IMG/VR virus record: IMGVR_UViG_3300046786_000888 | Span: 14,106-78,105 of that record | Strand: one strand, 5' to 3' | DNA length: 64,000 nucleotides | From: a virus | Lineage: Duplodnaviria; Caudoviricetes | Shown: positions 17,997 through 27,018 of the stretch, piece after piece | How positions within the stretch are numbered: position 1 is the first letter of the stretch | How the letters are laid out: each line of letters starts with the position of its first letter | Program-made: the position numbers and the translations under genes | The notes under the pieces: generated by a model | The model's database searches: none | The model's input: the letters and a program-made list of their open reading frames with translations, nothing else | What the model was told of the DNA's origin: nothing

Positions 17997-18710
17997 ATGC
18001 AGGTCAAGTTCGTTTGTAAAAACTGCGGATCAGAATTTTTCCGAAACGGAAACGCAGCCGCTGTCTGTAAGCTTACTTTCAGGCAAAAAGGTTTTGTTTA
18101 CTGCTCAAAGGGTTGCGCTAGTTTCAAACATGGCGGCCACAAAAATAAGCTATCCGAATATAAATCATGGCTGGCTATGAGGAGCAGATGTGATAATTCT
18201 AACCACGACGGCTACCATCGATATGGCGGTAGAGGAATAACCTACGACCCAGCGTGGAACGACTTCTCAGTTTTCCTAAAAGACATGGGAGAAAAACCTA
18301 CTCCCAAACATCAATTAGAGCGAGTAGATAACGATAAAAACTATAACAAAGAAAATTGTATCTGGGCTACAAGAAAGGAACAGACTCGAAACCGTGGAGG
18401 AGCCAGAGCGACAAGGCTCTACACCTATGATGGTAAGACTATGTGCGTAAAAGATTGGGCAGAATACGTAGGAATCAGCAATACCAGTATGCAGAAACGC
18501 CTTAATAACGGATGGCCATTAGAAAAAGCTTTTTCTAAAGAAAAGCACGATAAACCAGATTTGTATACCTTCAACGGAGAAACTATGAGTTTATTAGAAT
18601 GGGCCAAAAAATTAGATATACCTAAACAAAGACTATGGACTAGGCTTAAGGCCGGATACCCTTTAGAAAAAGTATTTACGAACGAGAAATTTAACCGATG
18701 GAATAAGTAG
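17997..18710 (+). CDS. Free-standing HNH homing endonuclease with C-terminal HTH repeats
   Basis: 'YKSWLAMRSRC...Y..YGGRGI....W.DF..FL.DMG....LERVDND.NY..ENC.WAT..EQ..NR' plus two 'YT..G.TM....WA...I....RL..G.PLEK.F' repeats. Confidence 0.85.
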   Translation: MQVKFVCKNCGSEFFRNGNAAAVCKLTFRQKGFVYCSKGCASFKHGGHKNKLSEYKSWLAMRSRCDNSNHDGYHRYGGRGITYDPAWNDFSVFLKDMGEKPTPKHQLERVDNDKNYNKENCIWATRKEQTRNRGGARATRLYTYDGKTMCVKDWAEYVGISNTSMQKRLNNGWPLEKAFSKEKHDKPDLYTFNGETMSLLEWAKKLDIPKQRLWTRLKAGYPLEKVFTNEKFNRWNK

Positions 18711-18757
18711 ATCAAAATCCCTTTATGGGGCCTTTTTCTATGTGCAGGGCTAGTTTA

Positions 18758-19198
18758 TCAGCCTAAACCCCGTAAAGGGTTGTCGGTTTTAAGAGGTGCG
18801 GGCTTGGCTATAGCTGAACCCATAAGGGGAGAAGGTTCTCCCTTGAATCCGCCGAGACGTTCAAGAATTTTATTAAGACGCTCTTCGTCTCGTTGTTGGG
18901 CGATGTAATCAGAAATCATTCGAGTAGCCATGCCTTGCGGGGCTGGTTCCATGCCTCGAATGCCTCGGACTAAATTACCGATACCTTCGAGTAACAGACT
19001 TCCTCCAACCCACGCATTGCTAAACGGGCTATCCGATAGACCCGGTTTGCTGGGACTAGGGCTGGTAGATGGAGCTAAACCTTCGGCCGCAGTTGAAAAC
19101 GCATCCACGTTGTACTGCGGACTCTCAAATGCTTCGGGAATCGAAGTGCCGAAGTCGTACCCGCGAAGGGGTAAAGCGTTGGAAAAATAGTCCGCCAT
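18758..19198 (-). CDS. Hypothetical protein, possibly ejection/pilot
   Basis: Gly-rich helix 'VGGSLLLEGIGNLVRG'. Confidence 0.55.
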   Translation of the reverse strand: MADYFSNALPLRGYDFGTSIPEAFESPQYNVDAFSTAAEGLAPSTSPSPSKPGLSDSPFSNAWVGGSLLLEGIGNLVRGIRGMEPAPQGMATRMISDYIAQQRDEERLNKILERLGGFKGEPSPLMGSAIAKPAPLKTDNPLRGLG

Positions 19199-19208
19199 AG
19201 GTCAAGCC

Positions 19209-20954
19209 TCAGTACAGGGGCATTTTTTCGATGGTCTGGTACGCCTGCGGCGCAAGCGTAGCGTTAAGATCCGCTGCGCCTTGAGTACCGAAAGCGGCAT
19301 TCATCGCGGCGGCTCTGGCCTGTCCTGCTGCATTATTAGGCGTATTTGTACCCATAGATGTTCCTAAAATAGCCCCTTGTGCATTAGGCATCTGCTGGCT
19401 AGGTCCACGGCGCTGCATCTGGAGTTGCAGTCGATAGGCCAGATCAGGGTTACGACGTGCCCAGGTCTCAAAGTTGGCTTCGGACTCAATACCTACAGAG
19501 GCAGGGGCACCCGCACTCTTAAGAGCCCCGATAATTTGTTCCGCACGTCCCGGAGCGTTTGCGTAAGCCGACTGAACACGGTAAAGATCACCAATGTTCT
19601 GGTACTGAGAAGCATCTTGCCGAAGACCTTGTGCTGCATTTTGAACAGCTTGACGATAATCGGAGTCGCGTGAATCCATGAGCTGGGGAACGGAACCTGC
19701 ACCCATAGAACTGCCGACGGGAGCTGCAGGAGCACGACCGCCGATCGGTGAAGGCATAGCAGGTGCGACAGGAGCGGCAGAAACGCCGACCGAGCTTGGA
19801 TTGACAGTTCCGGGGATTGCGTTGGTACTGCCGGCGATTGGCTGGGGCGCGGTGGTTAAAGGAGCGCCAGTAACAGAGGGCGTGTTTGCGCCAGCCTCAG
19901 GTGTCGCGGTGGGAACACCTAACTGGGTCTCGCCCGGCATTGCGACTTGTTGGGGTTGTCCTTGACGACTGGACAAGTAAGCCGCGAGGCCCAGCCCGCC
20001 CAGCATTCCGCCGCCAACAAAAGGCGCGAGAGGAATACGCCGTGCGGCAGCGGTCCCACCGGTTGCGGCAGCTTCAGCAGCGGCAGTAGAAGAAAGAAGT
20101 TGCCCGAGATCGACAGTGTTAACTCCGCCCATTGCGTTCGCTCGGGCCGCAATAGGGGATCCTTCAGGTAACGCTACACCGCGCCCAATAATTTCGTAGA
20201 CATTTACAGGCTGAATACCTGGTTCGACTGCAGAGCCCATCGTACGGGCAAGAGCTCCGCCTGGGCCTTCGGTGCTTAACCCTGCGCCGGTCGAAGGAGG
20301 AGCCATGCCCCCTCCGGCGGAACGGGTAAGACCGCCGCCAGTCGACATATATTGTTGAGGAGAAGTCTCTAGCTGCCGAATAAGCGGAGAGTCGAATCCC
20401 TCCTTGCTTAACAAAGCTTCCATCACGTCATCAGCGTTGACACCACGCTCGGCGGCAGTAGTCTCGACGATGGAACGGATCCGGTTATATCCCTCAGGAT
20501 CACGACGCATAAGCTCTTTACCGTACGCAAATGCGGGTTCGGGAGCCTGAGGGGAGCTAAGAATGGGGTAGGGGCGAACGGTAGTGCTAGCGGGAATGTC
20601 CTGACCGACCGGCAAGGAACGCTGCCCAGGCGCAACACCAGGAGCACGAGCCGGAAGAGTCTCGCGAGGAACATCAACCTGAGGATATCCGGCACGACGG
20701 GGAACTTGTTCGGCCGGAACTTCGCGAGGAACAGGCAGTTGTTTTTGAAAACGCCCGGTGGCCCGATCAGGAGGAACGTTTAAACGTGGCTGAACCGCAG
20801 GGCCGGTCGGTCCAACGGGAACTGCAGGACGGCTAGGTTGGATGGTCTGCCGGATTTGCCGAGGAGTCGGAGGCTCCGGAATCATGTTATTGATCATCCG
20901 AAGACCGCCTTCAACAAGCGCTCGGATGGCCTTTTCGTATGAGCTGTACGACAT
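19209..20954 (-). CDS. Pro/Ala/Gln-rich probable internal virion (ejection) protein
   Basis: 581-aa low-complexity ORF with a 'GGGMLGGLGLAAYL' hydrophobic segment. Confidence 0.55.
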   Translation of the reverse strand: MSYSSYEKAIRALVEGGLRMINNMIPEPPTPRQIRQTIQPSRPAVPVGPTGPAVQPRLNVPPDRATGRFQKQLPVPREVPAEQVPRRAGYPQVDVPRETLPARAPGVAPGQRSLPVGQDIPASTTVRPYPILSSPQAPEPAFAYGKELMRRDPEGYNRIRSIVETTAAERGVNADDVMEALLSKEGFDSPLIRQLETSPQQYMSTGGGLTRSAGGGMAPPSTGAGLSTEGPGGALARTMGSAVEPGIQPVNVYEIIGRGVALPEGSPIAARANAMGGVNTVDLGQLLSSTAAAEAAATGGTAAARRIPLAPFVGGGMLGGLGLAAYLSSRQGQPQQVAMPGETQLGVPTATPEAGANTPSVTGAPLTTAPQPIAGSTNAIPGTVNPSSVGVSAAPVAPAMPSPIGGRAPAAPVGSSMGAGSVPQLMDSRDSDYRQAVQNAAQGLRQDASQYQNIGDLYRVQSAYANAPGRAEQIIGALKSAGAPASVGIESEANFETWARRNPDLAYRLQLQMQRRGPSQQMPNAQGAILGTSMGTNTPNNAAGQARAAAMNAAFGTQGAADLNATLAPQAYQTIEKMPLY

Positions 20955-20979
20955 CCTAAAGACCTAGCCTGAGTTTATA

Positions 20980-21600
20980 TTAGCGCCAATCTGCAAAGAA
21001 ATACAGACGGTCAGCACGAGACACATCAGGTGGGCCAGGAATAGCTTGGATAAACTCTGCGCCACTACGTTCAAATCTGTACCTAGATGCCACGGGGTCT
21101 TTGTAGTTAGCGACGTAAAGCATTTCAGAAAGACGTCCTGTTTCATATAAGTAGTTTTGTCGCCAAACCTTGGCAACTTCTGTTTTATCTTGAATATTGA
21201 TCGAACGGTTAACATCACCAAGGATCGTTTCTTGGCGGTTTGTCGCGCGTCCGGCGGCAAGTTCCGTCAGTCGCTCAGCTTCTTCGCAGCGTTCAATTTG
21301 CTGCACAATCTTGTCGTAATAAAATTCGCTAGGAATGCTGTTACACGCTTCTAATAATCTTGCATAGTCTCCGGCGGGCACCGTAGCTATGTTGTAGCCA
21401 AGGTGGTAAGTTACACGACTAAAGTTAAAATCATCAAGTCTATAACCAAAAACCTGCGCAGGGTTACGCGTTAACTGATTAACAGCCGCGTAAATTACTT
21501 CCCTTTTAGTGGCGTCGGTAGTATCAGGTTGAAAGACAACGCCTTGTTGAGCTAGATAACTTTGGAGTTGCTCTAGTTCTTGTTGTGTAAACTGAGCCAC
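20980..21600 (-). CDS. Hypothetical protein, possible head-tail adaptor
   Basis: Helical 206-aa ORF downstream of the capsid genes; function assigned by position only. Confidence 0.4.
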   Translation of the reverse strand: MAQFTQQELEQLQSYLAQQGVVFQPDTTDATKREVIYAAVNQLTRNPAQVFGYRLDDFNFSRVTYHLGYNIATVPAGDYARLLEACNSIPSEFYYDKIVQQIERCEEAERLTELAAGRATNRQETILGDVNRSINIQDKTEVAKVWRQNYLYETGRLSEMLYVANYKDPVASRYRFERSGAEFIQAIPGPPDVSRADRLYFFADWR

Positions 21601-21655
21601 AACTACCGACGCCTACAGTACACCTATTGTACTCTTTATTTATCTATCCCAAGGA

Positions 21656-22096
21656 TCACTCAACGTAGATCGAATCACTGAGAATCTCGTCCCAATTAAT
21701 GTGTTTAATCTGACGAAGCTGTTCCAATTTCGTAAAACGTTCCCCTGGAAGGGACATACGAAGCTCAATAATTTCAGTTGCGGTTTTAAGTCCCACGCCG
21801 GGGAGGATCTGGGTCAGCAGTTCCGGAGTAGCTGCGTTGAGGTTAAACCGGTTCGGTGCAGGCACTTGCGGTTTAACAATCTGCCGTCCCCGACGTGACT
21901 TAACGGGTTTTGCGTCGTTTTCTGTAGAGGTATCTCCTTCCTTCTGCTCGATCTGATTTTTATGGGCAAAAAAAACTTTACCTGTTGTTTTAGACTTAAC
22001 CATAAAGTACTCACCATCATCATGAGTGCTTAAAATATCGACTTTTACGCCGCTGGGTGTGTACGTGACGTCTTTAGAAACAGTGGCAGTCATCAT
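21656..22096 (-). CDS. ComEA-like helix-hairpin-helix (HhH_3) DNA-binding protein
   Basis: 'FNLNAATPELLTQILPGVGLKTATEIIELR....F.KLEQLRQI'. Confidence 0.8.
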   Translation of the reverse strand: MMTATVSKDVTYTPSGVKVDILSTHDDGEYFMVKSKTTGKVFFAHKNQIEQKEGDTSTENDAKPVKSRRGRQIVKPQVPAPNRFNLNAATPELLTQILPGVGLKTATEIIELRMSLPGERFTKLEQLRQIKHINWDEILSDSIYVE

Positions 22097-22155
22097 GGAG
22101 ATACGACTTTCGCGCAGTATAGGACAAAGTTAGAATAGAAAAAAGTCAACGGACG

Positions 22156-22635
22156 ATGCCAAACCCCTTTAACTTACTTAGATTCGCAAATCAAGTGCCT
22201 GGCGTAGGTAAAGCTCTGAGAGCTATCTATGCCGTAGCTCCTGATGTAGGCATTGGACTGCCCGTGGAGCTCATGATGTCCGAGAAAAAGTCACCTAAAA
22301 AAGAAAGAACTGCAGGTCTGAACACAGCTGCAGAGGTTGCCACGTCGCTCGTTCTTGGTGGAGCTGAGACAATTCCTCAGCTGACGCAACTGGCTACCGA
22401 TCCTGCAATCCTTAGAGCTTTAGGACAGGAGGGGCTGAGTAAGAACGAAATAATTCGAAATTTAAACGCACGGGCACGCACGATTAACCCCAGTATGTAC
22501 ACAGAACAGCTCGTGGAACAAATCGTCGAGGGGCGAGTTGATGCTGAAAAAGAACGATTAATGCAGGAAGCACGGAATCGCTTACGCGGGATCCAAGTGC
22601 CATTACCTACATCCGGACTGATGGGGCTGCGCTAA
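22156..22635 (+). CDS. Hypothetical protein
   Basis: 159-aa ORF with its own TAGAAT -10 at 22131-22136. Confidence 0.6.
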   Translation: MPNPFNLLRFANQVPGVGKALRAIYAVAPDVGIGLPVELMMSEKKSPKKERTAGLNTAAEVATSLVLGGAETIPQLTQLATDPAILRALGQEGLSKNEIIRNLNARARTINPSMYTEQLVEQIVEGRVDAEKERLMQEARNRLRGIQVPLPTSGLMGLR

Positions 22636-22640
22636 GGCAA

Positions 22641-22666
22641 TAAAAAACCCCTCCCGAAGGAGGGGT
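22641..22666 (-). terminator. Rho-independent terminator after the capsid operon
   Basis: ACCCCTCC-TTCG-GGAGGGGT followed by a T-run on the minus strand (cUUCGg loop). Confidence 0.9.
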
Positions 22667-22688
22667 CCCCTTTGCCGACCTGAGTATA

Positions 22689-23567
22689 TCAGGTTGGAAC
22701 GGTCGAGCTGTAGATGGTGGACTCCACCACGCCGCCGGGCTGAAGGGCCACATCGTCGCGCTTAGGAGCGACGTCAGGCACAATCCAGCACACTTCGCAA
22801 ATAGCGAGTGCTTTGTTCTTACCGGCCAGTTTGCCGGCTTGAGCGCGCGGATCGAAGGTACCCGAGGCGAGAGTCAGACCAGAAGCCGCGACGCCGCCCA
22901 GGTTACGGGTGGCGAACAGTTTCCAGGTGGTCTCGGCGCTAAGGGCAGACAGCTTGCTGGAATCGATGATGTTCACCGAAGCATTGCTGCCGTTTTCGAT
23001 TCGGCTGCTGGCGCCGGTCACGGACACGCCGAACTGACCAGACACCACGGTGCCGTCGCTGCGCAGACCTTGGTTCATTGCGGGAACCAGGCTGAGCTGA
23101 GGAGTGGCCGAACCACCGCCCACGCCGCTGCTGATGACGTCGCCGCCGTCAACACGCAGAGAGGCACGGTACACGTAGGCACCTGCAGGCACTTTGATAC
23201 CGTCAGCGATATCGGCGCGAATATCCTTGTGGTAATCCGGCGAAGGAATGACCACATTGGCGCTGCTGAAAGCTTGGTTAGAGCCGTTCAGACCAGAACC
23301 GTAGGGCTGAGAATAGTACTCAAGCTGGTTAACGGAACCGTTGGCCTGATAAGACAGGTCAACATAACCGATTGCCTGCTGAGCAATCCAGCCGGGACGG
23401 AACACTACGCCGACGGGACCGCCAATAGGCTGAGCAGTCAGAGTTTCAGAGGTTCCGTTCTCGTTGTTAAAAACAACGGACTTTTCTTCGTGCCAGTAAC
23501 GAAGAACGTTGGTGTAGTTACCAGGATAAATCTTGGCAACTTGTAACTGGTTAGGGTTGATCGCCAT
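22689..23567 (-). CDS. Probable minor capsid / decoration protein
   Basis: Directly follows the major capsid gene, has SD GGAGG and the same strongly biased codon usage, and is followed by a terminator. Confidence 0.6.
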   Translation of the reverse strand: MAINPNQLQVAKIYPGNYTNVLRYWHEEKSVVFNNENGTSETLTAQPIGGPVGVVFRPGWIAQQAIGYVDLSYQANGSVNQLEYYSQPYGSGLNGSNQAFSSANVVIPSPDYHKDIRADIADGIKVPAGAYVYRASLRVDGGDVISSGVGGGSATPQLSLVPAMNQGLRSDGTVVSGQFGVSVTGASSRIENGSNASVNIIDSSKLSALSAETTWKLFATRNLGGVAASGLTLASGTFDPRAQAGKLAGKNKALAICEVCWIVPDVAPKRDDVALQPGGVVESTIYSSTVPT

Positions 23568-23582
23568 CGTTAGTACCTCCTA

Positions 23583-24591
23583 TCAAGCGTTAAAGGAGTA
23601 AGCGATGGTGGCGAAATCAGCATTCAGGAGTTCGAAACCTGCGTACAGGCTCCAAATCATCATGATAAAACGGCTGAAATCGTCGTTGTTATTCAGGAGC
23701 ACCTGAGCGTTGTTGCCGCCGATACCGACGCCCACGCTTTGGGGACCGAAGAACATACCGATTGCGCTCTCATAGGATTTAGCCGTACCGCCGATGGTAG
23801 CGGTCTGGCTTTGAGAGGGCATGTTGGTCGATTCGAAGAAGCGCACGCCTTCGAACACGAAACCGGTGGGCATGATCGGCTCGCCGGCCACGAAGCTGGC
23901 TTGACCGAAGCCCTGACCCATGTAGATAGCAGCGTTGGGCTGCATACCAGACATGAGGGGATTGATCTGACCGTTGCCAGGATAACGAGCCACTTCACGG
24001 AAGTCGCTGTTCTGACGCAGGTGCATCAGGAAGGTAGGATCGCACACACAGCGATAGAAACCGTCCTGATAGGTAGGAACGTTACGCTTACGCAGGCTCT
24101 TCACCACGCGCAGCAGGTCGTCCTTAACGTCGAACTTAGCTTGTTCGGCGTTGGTGTAGGTCAGCGAACCGACGGCGAGGTCGCCAGGGTAGTAATAACC
24201 ACCTTGGGTGTCGGAAGCTTGACCCTTAGAAACTGCTTTCAGGAGTTCGTTGATGAACACCCGGTCACGCCAACGACGATAGTCGTCGAGCAGAGTCAGC
24301 GAACCGATGGACTGGTGGAACGCGGTGAGGTTACCGGTATCCAGCAGCAGACGCTGAGCGGTGATCAGGGTCTCGCGAGCAATCTTAAAGGTGCTCGGCT
24401 GAGTAGGATCAGTCGGGTCGGCAGGGCCAGTGTACTCGCGGAGAGTCACGAGCACTTTGTCCTTAACGATATTCCGGCTGTTGGCAGTACCGATGGTCTG
24501 CTCAGCAGTGCGCTCCCGAGACTCCTTAGAGCCGGGGTTGCCCCAGAAACGATAACGGTCAAGCTGAACGGTTTGGCCGGGTTGTTTGCTA
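23583..24591 (-). CDS. Major capsid protein (N4-gp56-like), exon 2
   Basis: Frame is open from 24590: SKQPGQTVQLDRYRFWG... to 'GFVFEGVRFFESTNMP'; joined to exon 1 it gives 371 aa. Confidence 0.85.
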
Positions 24592-25586
24592 CCTAAAATG
24601 CTTTAATAAGCACCGCAAGGCTCTTTATCCTTGCGTAACATCAACTTAAGGACGTTGATGAGCAGACTATATCATCACCCACAGCGGGTAAATCCCCTGT
24701 TTGGGTGCTCCGCGCTCGTGTCACCTTATCGGCTTCTACAACAAACTTGTTGCGGTCAGCCTCGCTCCACTTTGACTTACCTCGATTGGTTCGAGTGTCA
24801 TAGCGAAGGTCAAATTTGTATTGCATAGCTTTACATCCGTAAGGTTTTAAAACCTCTACAAATTGCCTGGCTGATGTTCCGTTAGCTCGAAGATTCCACA
24901 GGTTGGGATTTTTCTTTGCCATCGGAACACGAGGAACTAAGGAAGCTCCTGTCAGGCTCTCTATCCAATCCGAAACAACCAAAGCTGTATCGTAAGGGAT
25001 ATATAAAGCTAGCTCAACAATGCGTTCCCGAATGTAGGGATCTCCCGTACGCGTGGACGTACCGCGCTTACGTAGGTGAAGGTTTCCGTCATCCATGTAA
25101 AGGAGGGCTAAACCTTCTAACCCTATATCTCTAAGGAAAGAAGCTGTAAATTCTTTCTTCCCGCGAGGGTAGAGCTCTCTATAAATCGGTAATAGCAGCT
25201 CTTGCTGATTAGACCACCACTGACAAGCAGGAAAACTTCCCGTTTGGCAGTCGGCTTCTCTTTCCTTAATAGGCTGTTTTATGCCGAAAATACGATTGAG
25301 TCTTCCAACTTTCCAGCGGAGAAACTCAAATTGTTTTTGAGCATGAGTGATGTGAAGGCTAGGGTAGGTCGTGACCTGCCTCAGACAACCATCGCCCAAA
25401 CAGACCCCTTTAAGAAAGGAGCGGTCGCTTCGAGAGAGCATTTGAACAGTGTTAGTCGTTGAACCTTCCAGTCATTTCTGGCTGGCTTGGCTGCTGATTA
25501 GCCTCCCTTTCGGGTCCGGCTTTCCAGCAATTCACGGAGTTTAACCGATAGGCTTTCACCTAAAGGGACTCTAGACACATAGGTCC
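24592..25586 (-). mobile_element. Group I self-splicing intron (995 nt) in the major capsid gene
   Basis: P1 exon GACUU pairs with IGS GAGUC (U-G at the splice site); P10 CUA/UAG; P GAAUUGCUGGAAA, Q AAUCAGCAGCC, R GUUCAACGACUA, S GAUGAUAUAGUC; P3 CUCCGUG/CGCGGAG; P8 and P9 stems; terminal G; removal restores the frame GAC-TT|T-AGC. Confidence 0.93.
24641..25441 (-). CDS. Intron-encoded double-motif LAGLIDADG homing endonuclease
   Basis: 'FLKGVCLGDGCL' and 'GLALLYMDDGNL' motifs, 266 aa. Confidence 0.9.
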   Translation of the reverse strand: MLSRSDRSFLKGVCLGDGCLRQVTTYPSLHITHAQKQFEFLRWKVGRLNRIFGIKQPIKEREADCQTGSFPACQWWSNQQELLLPIYRELYPRGKKEFTASFLRDIGLEGLALLYMDDGNLHLRKRGTSTRTGDPYIRERIVELALYIPYDTALVVSDWIESLTGASLVPRVPMAKKNPNLWNLRANGTSARQFVEVLKPYGCKAMQYKFDLRYDTRTNRGKSKWSEADRNKFVVEADKVTRARSTQTGDLPAVGDDIVCSSTSLS

Positions 25587-25693
25587 AAGTCGTGCACAAC
25601 CACAGGCTCTGCAGCCATCTCTACAACGTACGCAGGATGCGGACGATAGAGCTCTGCACCGAGCAGCTTCGGAAAATCATTGTCGACGAACAA
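25587..25693 (-). CDS. Major capsid protein, exon 1 (35 codons + 2 nt, TTG start)
   Basis: SD GGAGGT at 25701-25706, 7 nt before TTG; MFVDNDFPKLLGAELYRPHPAYVVEMAAEPVVVHD. Confidence 0.88.
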
Positions 25694-25773
25694 AGCGTCA
25701 ACCTCCGAAGAACTACATACGTAGTTTAACTAGAAAAACCTCAGAGTAAAAAGCCTCTGTCTCGTTTTTAGCG

Positions 25774-26487
25774 TTAGCCTAACTTACGGCTGAGATTACG
25801 TACGCTCTCTGGCAGTTGGTAATAAATAGAGCCGTAATTGGACACATGCTTGGCCGCACCGCCGCGATAAATAAATCTGAAGGGTACGGACATTAGTCCA
25901 GGTTCCTCCGTACGGATTGTTTGCGTATACGTTTTGCAGTACACCGGAGGGTTATAAACCCACTCAGAACGGTTAGCTGTCCCTTGAGGACCTAATGAAT
26001 TCGTAAGTATCCCACCTTCTACACGCCCGTGGGAAACACCACCGCCGGTGATACCTTGCTGTCCGGTATTACCTGTAGGAGTATTGTAAGGATCGTAAAC
26101 CTGGGAATCGGGAGCCGACCCTCCGAAGTACGTATACTTCCCAGCATCACGCTCACCGTAATCCGGTCCGGTAAAAGTCTGAACTTTCCGTCCGGCAATC
26201 GTGTCGACAGTGACCGGACGATAACCTTGATAAGAACTTAAAACACCACTAGGCGCATAATCTACATTTTCGTAATTATTCCAATAGCCGGATATCGCGG
26301 CAGGCACCTGGCGCCACGCGGTGGAATAAGTTCCGCTGTAGCTGGGGGAACCATCAACAATTACGCCTAAATCGGCTCCGGTATCTCGGATACCCGAATT
26401 TAAGACGATAAAACCTTCGTGCGAAGGCCCGCTCTGGACACGATGCGGCCCCGAATCGTATTTGTAATTTCTATAAGATATATACAT
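25774..26487 (-). CDS. Hypothetical virion protein
   Basis: G/Y/T-rich 237-aa ORF in the head module. Confidence 0.6.
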   Translation of the reverse strand: MYISYRNYKYDSGPHRVQSGPSHEGFIVLNSGIRDTGADLGVIVDGSPSYSGTYSTAWRQVPAAISGYWNNYENVDYAPSGVLSSYQGYRPVTVDTIAGRKVQTFTGPDYGERDAGKYTYFGGSAPDSQVYDPYNTPTGNTGQQGITGGGVSHGRVEGGILTNSLGPQGTANRSEWVYNPPVYCKTYTQTIRTEEPGLMSVPFRFIYRGGAAKHVSNYGSIYYQLPESVRNLSRKLG

Positions 26488-26513
26488 TTAAAGCAGTCAG
26501 GGCTGCCTTAATT

Positions 26514-26696
26514 CTAAGCGGCGGGGGTATCCTCAGCCGGAGCTACAGGGGAAACCTGACTGGCGATTGCCCGAATATCCTCGCTGATCAGATTCACATC
26601 CCGAGCGTAGTTTGCCTTGAGTTCTTCAAGCTCTTTTTTGAGCTGCTCGACTTCAGCATTTTCGCCGCCACGGCGACGACCGAGTGGGTTAGGCAC
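26514..26696 (-). CDS. Small hypothetical coiled-coil protein
   Basis: 60-aa ORF in an operon-like arrangement. Confidence 0.55.
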   Translation of the reverse strand: MPNPLGRRRGGENAEVEQLKKELEELKANYARDVNLISEDIRAIASQVSPVAPAEDTPAA

Positions 26697-26699
26697 GGA

Positions 26700-26882
26700 T
26701 TACTTACCTTTGCTCTTCTTGTATTTTACAGCCTTTTTCTTCGCCTCCTCGCGTTTTTTCGTCCGCTCAGGCAAATCACTTTTTGTCTCTTTCTCGTACT
26801 CAGCTACTTTAGCTTTAGAAATTTCACCTCGCTCCTGCATTGCGTAGAATTTACGCCTTTGTGCCTCAGATTTAAAAGGCAT
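26700..26882 (-). CDS. Small basic protein (MPFKSEAQRR family)
   Basis: K/R-rich; the N-terminus is a pattern I recall from phage head modules. Confidence 0.6.
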   Translation of the reverse strand: MPFKSEAQRRKFYAMQERGEISKAKVAEYEKETKSDLPERTKKREEAKKKAVKYKKSKGK

Positions 26883-26932
26883 CTTAATAAACGCTTTTTA
26901 ACAGTATACTCAATAAAAACACCGTATATCCA

Positions 26933-26961
26933 ATAAAAAACCCCCGTTGTCCAGACGGGGG
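26933..26961 (-). terminator. Rho-independent terminator after the scaffold gene
   Basis: CCCCCGT-CTGGACA-ACGGGGG followed by TTTTTT on the minus strand. Confidence 0.85.
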
Positions 26962-27018
26962 CAGAGTATGTTCGTCCACCATGCGAGCGGTGCTCCACAC
27001 CGCTGAACTTATTTTAAC

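Noticed and set aside
22839-24596. 235-aa and 285-aa plus-strand ORFs
   Set aside because: Antisense shadows of the highly biased capsid genes.
24592-25586. Intein or simple frameshift in the capsid gene
   Set aside because: The insert is not in frame with the exons, has no Cys...His-Asn splice motifs, and has full group I RNA hallmarks.
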